From positions 1 to 27,449 of the forward strand of contig JBDLIE010000034.1 in assembly GCA_039715015.1 (NCBI GenBank): DNA of 27,449 nucleotides, written 5' to 3'. Shown here piece by piece: positions 19,850 through 26,793 of this stretch (position 1 is its first letter; the number at the start of each line of letters is the position of its first letter). Below the pieces are notes generated by a model. That model searched no databases. It saw only the letters and a list, made by a program, of their open reading frames with translations, and was not told where the DNA came from. A program made the translations under genes and the position numbers. This stretch comes from Thermodesulfobacteriota bacterium. Lineage in GTDB: Bacteria > Desulfobacterota > Desulfobulbia > Desulfobulbales > SURF-16.

Positions 19850-20146
19850 TTATTCGGTAACTGTCTCGTGGCAGTAGAGTCTGCTCATGGTTTGCATTAA
19901 CTCTAAGACGCGGGTGTCGTTGATGCGGTTGAAAATGAAATTTGCATCTTTTCGGTAGCCGATTATTCCCTGGTTTCTCAGTATTGAAAGATGCTGGGAA
20001 ACGTTGGCGTTGGTTGTCTTTACCTCTTCCCGTATATCGCCAACAGTCATCTCTTTATCCTGGAGTAGGCAGAGAATTTTCAGTCTGATCGGGTGCGACA
20101 TGGTTTTCAGCATGCCGGCAATAGATTCTACCTGGTTGTCTTTCAA
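19850..20146 (-). CDS. ArsR/SmtB-family regulator, BigR/SqrR/YgaV-type (persulfide-sensing Cys pair)
   Basis: SHPIRLKILC...VSQHLSILR...LYC. Only two Cys, C26 and C92, 66 residues apart. TTG start with AAGGTG SD. Confidence 0.85.
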   Translation of the reverse strand: MKDNQVESIAGMLKTMSHPIRLKILCLLQDKEMTVGDIREEVKTTNANVSQHLSILRNQGIIGYRKDANFIFNRINDTRVLELMQTMSRLYCHETVTE

Positions 20147-20427
20147 AGCGACACCTTAAGTATTTAGTTTTTTTCTTTAATAGGATCGCTCCTATCTGTA
20201 AAGCTTTTTTTTAAAACGTGAACGTAATTGTTAATGATATCCAGCTTCCTGATTTTTTCAATCTTTTTTAATCAATTTAGTTAAAAGCTAAATTATCAGT
20301 GTGGTGGCTGTTTTCTGAGTGGATTGAAAAAAATAATGCTCCACAGAGTCCACAGGAGAGGTTAACAGCTGTTCATCTGGGGGACGGTTTTGAAGGCCTT
20401 TTTCGAGGGGACGAGGAGTGTGGGTCC

Positions 20428-20444
20428 TGCGGCAAAACGCCGCA
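20428..20444. promoter_or_regulatory. Palindromic candidate regulator site TGCGGC-N5-GCCGCA
   Basis: Perfect 6-bp arms in the divergent arsR / sensor kinase intergenic region. Related sequences abut both sigma54 promoters. Confidence 0.45.
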
Positions 20445-20710
20445 CTGCTGCAAAGGGGCGCTGTTTCTTGTCGGCATAAATGGGCGCCCAGGATTTGCGA
20501 AAAGAGTAAAAAACACACATGCAATGCGCAGTTAGGATTTCTCCGCATTGCAAAATAAGCATCTCTTATTACGGAGTCTTGCTGCTTGCCTCTTCTCCTG
20601 TCATGCGTTATTTATTGGCCATAGGGGCTTTTTTTAGGTATTTTTTCACAAGACGGTAAAGCCGCTACCCATTGAGATCTACGTGGGAGAGCGGTAGGTG
20701 TCTATTTGTT

Positions 20711-22144
20711 ATGAAAAAACGTTTTCTTACTCTTCTTATCTTTGCGGTCCTGGTCCTTGTCCTTGGTACGACCTTTGTCATCATCAATATTGATCAGGCA
20801 ATCAGCAGTCTTGATGATCTGGTGGCACGTTACGAAAAGGATCGGAAGTGCACCCGGATCCTTATGGCGATTAAGAAGGTTCAGCATGACGGTATCCTCC
20901 ATCACAACTATGGAAAGATAGGGGCGGATGGAATGCAGGTGCGGGTTGCTGATCTTGGCAGAAAAGCGGCCTCCTGTGCAAGCTGCCATCATCCCCCGTC
21001 TGTTGCCGATAAGGTTCGTGACTTTTCACAAAAGGCAAAGGCTTTTCAAGATGTCATGGTCGAGATATTTTCGCGCCGTGACGATCCTGACCATGAAATC
21101 ATGGACGTCGAGGCCTTTGCCATGGGGCAAGAACTCTATATCCAGGCCCAGGATCTTTTTACAAAGTCTTCGAAACAGCTGGCCAATGAAACCAAGGTTG
21201 CCCGTTCTTCGGCAGTAAAGAGTAAGTGGCTGCTCTATATAGTTACCTGCAGCGGTCTCGTTGTTGTTATTTTCACAACCTTCTTGCTTATTCGCAGTTT
21301 TAACAGGCCGTTGCAGAGCTTGTTGGCGGCAACTAAGAAGATTGAACAGGGTGATCTTGATTACCGGGTGCAGGACTTGAGCCATGAGTTTGGCGAACTT
21401 GCCAACTCTTTTAATGCGATGTCGGCATCCCTGAAAACGCAGATGCTGCAACTGCAGCGTAGTGAGCAATTAGCGGCCTGCGGAAAGATTGCCACCACCT
21501 TGGTCCACGAGGTTCGGAACCCACTGGCTGGTATCAAGGCAGCCATGGAGGTGTTGTCCAGCGAGTCAACAATTTCTAAAGAGGATCGGGAAATTCTCTT
21601 TAAAGTGGTGTGGGAGGTGAACCGGATAGAAGGACTGTTCACAAATATGCTTGATTTTGCCAGGCCCAACCCCCCACAATTAACAGAGGTTTCTTTGAAG
21701 GAGATTATTGACCGGGCCTTGCTTTTTACCCCCGCTGTTACCAACCAAAAGGTGAAAGTGGCTTGGCAGAGGGAAAAGCCAGTGCCGACCATTCAGGCCG
21801 ATCCAAACCAGCTCTACCAGGTCTTTCTTAACCTGTTTCTCAATGCGGCTGCAGCCATGCCGGGCGGAGGGACCCTCTCCATTGTCATCACGGCCGATCA
21901 GGACGCGGAGACTGTGAACGTGGCTGTGTCTGACACCGGTAGCGGCATCGATGAAGCCCTGCTTGACGATATCTTTAACCCATTTTTTACCACCAAACCT
22001 AAAGGGTCAGGCCTTGGCCTTGCCACCAGCAAGACCCTCATTGGTCTGCACCAGGGGACCATTGTGGCGGGCAATAGCCCTGAGGGAGGGGCGCTGTTTC
22101 AAGTTTCCTTGCCTATTTTCGGAGGAGGTAGCGATGAAGAATAA
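20711..22144 (+). CDS. Sensor histidine kinase with periplasmic heme-c motif, HAMP, HisKA and HATPase domains
   Basis: TM1, periplasmic CASCH (20975-20989), TM2, HAMP, HEVRNPL, NLFLNA, DTGSGI and FFTTKPKGSGLGL. ATG at 20711 preferred. Confidence 0.92.
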   Translation: MKKRFLTLLIFAVLVLVLGTTFVIINIDQAISSLDDLVARYEKDRKCTRILMAIKKVQHDGILHHNYGKIGADGMQVRVADLGRKAASCASCHHPPSVADKVRDFSQKAKAFQDVMVEIFSRRDDPDHEIMDVEAFAMGQELYIQAQDLFTKSSKQLANETKVARSSAVKSKWLLYIVTCSGLVVVIFTTFLLIRSFNRPLQSLLAATKKIEQGDLDYRVQDLSHEFGELANSFNAMSASLKTQMLQLQRSEQLAACGKIATTLVHEVRNPLAGIKAAMEVLSSESTISKEDREILFKVVWEVNRIEGLFTNMLDFARPNPPQLTEVSLKEIIDRALLFTPAVTNQKVKVAWQREKPVPTIQADPNQLYQVFLNLFLNAAAAMPGGGTLSIVITADQDAETVNVAVSDTGSGIDEALLDDIFNPFFTTKPKGSGLGLATSKTLIGLHQGTIVAGNSPEGGALFQVSLPIFGGGSDEE

Positions 22145-23519
22145 AGGCCGAATTCTTGTGGTTGAAGACGACGAATTCATCGGCTCCATGCTGGTTCGGG
22201 CCCTAAAAAATGCCGGCTATGAGGTGCGTTATGAGAGCACCACTGAGGATATTCTTGCCAAGATTTCCGGCTGGGCGCCTGATGTCGCCATGCTTGATAA
22301 TAATCTGCCGGGCATGACCGGCCTTGAGATTCTCGATGAGATTAAGAAGCAGAATATGTCCAGCCAGGTGGTCATGCTCACCGCTGACGACACCGTGGAA
22401 ACCTCAGTAAAGGCGATGAAACTGGGCGCCAGTGATTATCTTGTTAAACCTTTTAATATGGATGAGGTGGTCTTGGTTCTGACCGGTTTGATAGAAAAGG
22501 CAAGATTGCGGGATGAGGTAGGCTATTTCCGCAAGAGGTGTCAGACCCTTAACCAAACTGAGATCATTGGCAATGATAAGAAAACCCAGGACCTGATTGA
22601 CGAGATAAAGGTTATTGCTCAGGCCGGGGTGGATACAGTTTTGATAACCGGTGAAAGTGGTACAGGTAAGGAGCTTGTCGCGGGTTATCTCCATGAGTTA
22701 ATAAGTGATGGCAGCCAGACACCGATGATTCGCATTAACTGTGCCGCCTTGCCGGAAACTTTATTAGAGGCCGAGCTCTTTGGCCATACAAAGGGCACCT
22801 TCACCGATGCCCAGCAGGATAAAAAAGGACTTTTTGAGTTGGCTGATGGCGGTTGTTTGCTCCTTGATGAAATAGCGGAAATGAAAATGGATTTGCAGAG
22901 CAAGCTGCTGCGGGCCCTTGAGGAGCGCAGTATCAGGCGGGTTGGCGGTCAAGAAGAGATTCCGGTCAGTGTAACGGTGCTTGCCACCACCAATAAGGAC
23001 ATTGCCGCCGAGGTGGAGAAGGGCAATTTCCGGCTTGATCTGTTTTATCGGCTCAACACTTTCCAGCTGCAGGTTTTGCCTCTGCGTGAGCGTCTAGATG
23101 ATATTGCCCCCCTGGCCGACCACTTTCTTGATTACTATAATAAGCGCTACCGGAAAGACGCCATTAAGGGCTTTAGTAAAGAAAGTCTGGAACTGATGCG
23201 TAATTATAGATGGCCCGGCAATGTTCGTGAGTTGAGGAATATGGTGGAGCGCTTAGTGGTCTTGAAAGATCCAGCCTCTATTGAACCACACCATCTTCCC
23301 CTTGATATCGCCGGCAGTTCAAAATCGCTCCCCTCTGCTGTCAGTGCCAGCGGCTCCTATGTTCTTCCCCCCGGAGGACTCGATGTGGAGGAGTTAGAGA
23401 AAAATCTTCTTGTCCAGGCCATGGAGCAAACTGGCAGCAGTCAGAAGAAGGCGGCCAGCCTCCTTCATATGAAATATGATACCTTTCGTTATAAGCTTAA
23501 AAAACATGGCTTAAAATAA
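22134..23519 (+). CDS. NtrC-family sigma54-dependent response regulator
   Basis: Receiver domain (VEDD, MLD, KPF), GESGTGKE, ELFGHTKGTFTDA, LLDEI, FRLDLFYRL, WPGNVREL and a C-terminal Fis-type HTH. SD GGAGG before ATG 22134, overlapping the kinase 3' end. Confidence 0.95.
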   Translation: MKNKGRILVVEDDEFIGSMLVRALKNAGYEVRYESTTEDILAKISGWAPDVAMLDNNLPGMTGLEILDEIKKQNMSSQVVMLTADDTVETSVKAMKLGASDYLVKPFNMDEVVLVLTGLIEKARLRDEVGYFRKRCQTLNQTEIIGNDKKTQDLIDEIKVIAQAGVDTVLITGESGTGKELVAGYLHELISDGSQTPMIRINCAALPETLLEAELFGHTKGTFTDAQQDKKGLFELADGGCLLLDEIAEMKMDLQSKLLRALEERSIRRVGGQEEIPVSVTVLATTNKDIAAEVEKGNFRLDLFYRLNTFQLQVLPLRERLDDIAPLADHFLDYYNKRYRKDAIKGFSKESLELMRNYRWPGNVRELRNMVERLVVLKDPASIEPHHLPLDIAGSSKSLPSAVSASGSYVLPPGGLDVEELEKNLLVQAMEQTGSSQKKAASLLHMKYDTFRYKLKKHGLK

Positions 23520-23670
23520 GAGCAGTCCGGTAAGCTCCAGCCTTTCCCCTCCTGAATCTCGCAAAAAAATCCGTTATCCACCTGTATTAACTTGCTGTGG
23601 TTTGCGTCCCTCCACCAATCTTGAGTTCCAAGTGTCGGTTCTGCCACGAAATTATAGAAGAAATCATTGT

Positions 23671-23706
23671 TGGCCATATGGCTAAAGTGAAGTAGCCATA
23701 TGGCCA
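23671..23706. promoter_or_regulatory. Paired upstream activator sites (TRGCCATATGGCYA x2)
   Basis: TGGCCATATGGCTA (23671-23684) and TAGCCATATGGCCA (23693-23706) are exact reverse complements, with centres 22 bp apart. Confidence 0.7.
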
Positions 23707-23814
23707 TTTTATGCTGCTCCGGCCAGGGTGTGAAAACAGCCTGCCAATTTTTTTGTGTAATTAGGCAGCGATTTAGCGAAGATAGTGAGGGCGTGGCGGG
23801 GCAAAACGTCGCAG

Positions 23815-23830
23815 CGGCATTACTCTTGCA
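23815..23830 (+). promoter_or_regulatory. Sigma54 -24/-12 promoter of the multiheme cytochrome gene
   Basis: CGGCATTACTCTTGCA (GG-N10-GC with TTGC), adjacent to an enhancer-binding protein gene. Confidence 0.75.
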
Positions 23831-24023
23831 ATGGGTGCATGGAATTAAAATAATCAGCTCAGTCACCAGCCCTCAACAAAAGGGGTGGCTCTCATAATTT
23901 CTAGATTTCCACATTATTTTTGCGTCATGCAATTTACGTAACAAAATACAAAAAGGAGGAGGAAAAAAGTCCATAAAACAACCGTTTGTAATAAACAGAA
24001 AAAAAAGATTTTAGGAGATGCAA

Positions 24024-25748
24024 ATGAAAACAGCTTTATTGACCGCAACAGCGGTTCTGATGATGAGTGGTAGCGGCGCTGCTGCCATTCCCGCCCATCA
24101 GAATATCGCGTCATATGATGGACCGAGCACCTGTATCAGCTGCCATGAGGCTTCCGCCTACAACATGCTGGACAGCCTGCATATGCAATGGTCCGGCCCA
24201 ACCCCTGATCTGACCAACACCAATGGCGAAGATCTCGGTAAGGCCGTGCAGGGAATTAATACCTTTTGTACCTATGCCATGTCTTCGGGCGGCGCCTGCT
24301 TTGGTTGCCACGTCCGGATTGACGGCAACGCAGGTCACGCCCCCAGTGTCAATGATGTTGATTGTCTGATGTGTCACAACGACACCTACCAGCGTAAAAC
24401 AGTAGCTGACCCTGCCACCGCCGAGACGGTGACCGATTATCTTGGCAATGTGAAGACCTATGTCTTTGGCGCCCAAGATGGCGATGGCAATTACAGCAAT
24501 GTCCCGAACTTTGGCGCCATGCCAGCCGGCACCACCATGGTTGATCTGGCCCGTAACGTCCATATGCCCACCAGGACCTCCTGCCTGCGCTGTCATGCCA
24601 AGGCCGGTGGTGGTGACTGGACCAAGCGCGGCGACATGGGACTGAGCACCAAGAACCCTGCCATTGGCGAGGATGTCCATATGTCCCCGGCTGGAGCGGA
24701 TCTCTCCTGTCAGGCCTGTCATGCCACCGGAGCCAACCACAAGGTCGGCGGTCGCGGTATTGACCTGCGGCAGACCGAGGCTGCTGCTCCCAGCTGTCAG
24801 TCCTGTCATGGTGCGGCACCCCATAGCGATGGCGTCATTAACCGCCATGCCCAGGGCCAGCTGAGCTGCCAGGTTTGCCATATCCGTGAGTTTGGTAAGG
24901 GCGGCGCCACTGAGATGTCCCGTGACTGGTTGGCTCCCCATTGGAACCCGGCCTTCTGTAACGGCCAGGGTGGCTATGTGGGCCATGAGGTTAAGGTGGC
25001 CAATGTCAAGCCTGACTACACCTGGTTTGACGGCACCTCTTACGTTTACAATGTCGGCGAGCAGATTAGTCCCAATGCCGACGGGACCTACACCATGGCC
25101 AAGGCCAATGGTGAGGCCTTTGACGGTAAGTCAAAGATCGTGCCCATCAAACGCCATCTCACCAACACCGCCCTCCATGAGAGTGGTCAGCTTGTTGCCC
25201 CGAAAATCATGAGAATGTTCATGACCGGCGAGTTTGACCAGGCCGTGCAGGCAGGTATGGCTGATCAGGGCCTGACCGGTAACTACACCATGGTAGAGGC
25301 CGAGGCTGAGATGCTCATTACCCATGGTGTTGACCAGAAGTCCAATGCTCCGAGCTGTAACGAGTGTCATGACTACTCCGGCGAGACACCTGACGGCAGC
25401 AAGATGGTGCCCTTTACTGAGCTGGGCCTCCATACCTGGCCGGTCAAGGTCAAGAACTGTACCCTTTGTCATGAGGAGAAAAACTTGTCTTGGCAGAATA
25501 TGCATGCCAAGCATACTGACGAAATGGGCAAGGACTGTACCGGTTGCCATACCACCGAGCCCACCGGCTGGATTGAGCCTGTCACTGAGCAGGGCCTGTG
25601 TGATAACTGTCATAGCGCTTCCATGGCCGACAAATATTTTAACGGTGGCTGGAAGGCTGACGAACGGGCCCAGAAGCTCCATGAGGAGCATGCTGAAGAG
25701 GAGCATGGTGGCATGAGTACCACCTGTACCGATTGCCATACCTTCTAA
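24024..25748 (+). CDS. Periplasmic dodecaheme cytochrome c: octaheme tetrathionate-reductase (OTR)-like core plus a C-terminal tetraheme extension
   Basis: Signal peptide and 12 CxxCH motifs. OTR-like motifs GK..GINTFC, DCLMCH, CH..AGGGD..KRGD and DVHM. SD AGGAG favours ATG 24024. Confidence 0.85.
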   Translation: MKTALLTATAVLMMSGSGAAAIPAHQNIASYDGPSTCISCHEASAYNMLDSLHMQWSGPTPDLTNTNGEDLGKAVQGINTFCTYAMSSGGACFGCHVRIDGNAGHAPSVNDVDCLMCHNDTYQRKTVADPATAETVTDYLGNVKTYVFGAQDGDGNYSNVPNFGAMPAGTTMVDLARNVHMPTRTSCLRCHAKAGGGDWTKRGDMGLSTKNPAIGEDVHMSPAGADLSCQACHATGANHKVGGRGIDLRQTEAAAPSCQSCHGAAPHSDGVINRHAQGQLSCQVCHIREFGKGGATEMSRDWLAPHWNPAFCNGQGGYVGHEVKVANVKPDYTWFDGTSYVYNVGEQISPNADGTYTMAKANGEAFDGKSKIVPIKRHLTNTALHESGQLVAPKIMRMFMTGEFDQAVQAGMADQGLTGNYTMVEAEAEMLITHGVDQKSNAPSCNECHDYSGETPDGSKMVPFTELGLHTWPVKVKNCTLCHEEKNLSWQNMHAKHTDEMGKDCTGCHTTEPTGWIEPVTEQGLCDNCHSASMADKYFNGGWKADERAQKLHEEHAEEEHGGMSTTCTDCHTF

Positions 25749-25768
25749 GGAGGGTGGTTCGCAAAACG

Positions 25769-25810
25769 TAAATAGCATGTAGAGTTTTCGCTGCATGCCT
25801 AACCTGCCAT
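25769..25810 (+). repeat. 42-bp hairpin-containing repeat, copy 1
   Basis: 36/42 identical to 26438-26479. Stem GCATGTAG/CTGCATGC. Confidence 0.8.
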
Positions 25811-25838
25811 CACTTGCTACGTAAGGAGTTGTGGTAAG

Positions 25839-25879
25839 AAAAAAGGCCCCGGAGGATTCGTCCTCCGGGGCCTTTTTTT
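25839..25879 (+). terminator. Strong intrinsic terminator, potentially bidirectional
   Basis: A6-GGCCCCGGAGGA-TTCG-TCCTCCGGGGCC-T7. Confidence 0.92.
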
Positions 25880-26195
25880 GTAGGGCATGGAACACGTAGA
25901 AAAAATTGATGGCATTTGCCGTCTGTTGCCCCTCCTTTTTCCTCCAATATGCCCATATCTGTTGAGTAGATAAACTTTTTGACTCAGGTTTAGGCATTGT
26001 GTTTAGAGTTTTTTTAGGCGATTTGCTCATTGTCGAAGTTCTGAAAAAGACATAATTTAAAAAGGGTTGTGAGATATCTCCAAAGGCCGTTTTCCCTTTT
26101 TTGTTTCTAGCATAGCCTTTTTGTTCGTTCAGGGTTGAAGACAGGGAGAGGTGGCCCTGCACGGTTTACATTACAGCGCACACCATGATGATATT

Positions 26196-26240
26196 TAGCC
26201 ATATGACTAATGTGCAATAGGGGAAATAGTTATATGGCCA
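26196..26240. promoter_or_regulatory. Second pair of upstream activator sites
   Basis: TAGCCATATGACTA (26196-26209) and TAGTTATATGGCCA (26227-26240), the same motif as 23671-23706, with centres 31 bp apart. Confidence 0.65.
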
Positions 26241-26349
26241 TTCCCCTTATTTCAGGCATGGCATGCCGCCATGATCCTGATGTTTTTTTTGATATGTAAT
26301 ATTTCGTTTTTAATAATAAATATTAATATCCGTTGGCAAGTTGTCGCAG

Positions 26350-26365
26350 TGGCATTGCTCTTGCT
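26350..26365 (+). promoter_or_regulatory. Sigma54 -24/-12 promoter
   Basis: TGGCATTGCTCTTGCT is a near-consensus site. The block 26335-26365 is 25/31 identical to 23800-23830. An AT-rich tract lies upstream. Confidence 0.8.
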
Positions 26366-26437
26366 AGGAGTGGGCTGATGTAAGAAATGTCGAAGAACCT
26401 TCTGGCCAGGTTGGCTGATGGCGTTCTCGTTAAAAGA

Positions 26438-26479
26438 TAAACAGCATGTGGAGTTGCCTCTGCATGCGTAACCTGCCAT
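26438..26479 (+). repeat. 42-bp hairpin-containing repeat, copy 2
   Basis: GCATGTGGAG-TTGC-CTCTGCATGC forms a 10-bp stem. 36/42 identical to copy 1. Confidence 0.8.
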
Positions 26480-26506
26480 AGCCTGCAGTTTTGGGTGTGG
26501 CAGCCA

Positions 26507-26558
26507 AAGCAAAGGGCCTTGGTTTAAAGTGTGCCAAGAATCCTTTGCTTATTTTTTT
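26507..26558 (+). terminator. Terminator- or attenuator-like hairpin
   Basis: AAGCAAAGG-G..CTTGGT / GCCAAG..T-CCTTTGCTT, followed by A-T7. Confidence 0.55.
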
Positions 26559-26793
26559 GAAAGGAGAAAGAGTTGTTACCACAGGGTGCTAGTGTAACAA
26601 CGCTCAAGCACAATGGATATATTGGTCATTTCTAGAGGCCATATTTCGGGGGCATTGTAGCTTTTTTTTAGCGCGGACTGATTGCCGGGGAAGTATTCCC
26701 GGGGGCAGGGGCGTAGGATCTGGCGGGGTTGAGGGTCATGTTGATTCGTAAACCATTCCGTTCAGATGAAACGAGATTTATGGAGTATTAAGT

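Noticed and set aside
20161..20182. ArsR operator (TATTTAG-N7-CTTTAATA)
   Set aside because: The position just upstream of arsR is plausible, but the dyad is imperfect in AT-rich DNA and cannot be told from chance.
20299..20535. 78-aa ORF containing CGSC
   Set aside because: There is no CxxCH, SD or signal peptide, and it lies in a divergent promoter region. Probably spurious.
20340..23582. DnaA-box-like words (TCCACAG twice near 20340-20355, TTATCCACC at 23574)
   Set aside because: They are few, mismatched and unclustered, so they do not support an origin.
26413..26486. Fluoride (crcB) or cyclic-dinucleotide (GEMM) riboswitch
   Set aside because: GATGGCGTTCTC resembles the fluoride 5' motif, but the 3' pseudoknot partner and a fluoride-related gene are absent. 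No GEMM tetraloop/receptor pattern was seen. Kept only as an unknown RNA candidate.
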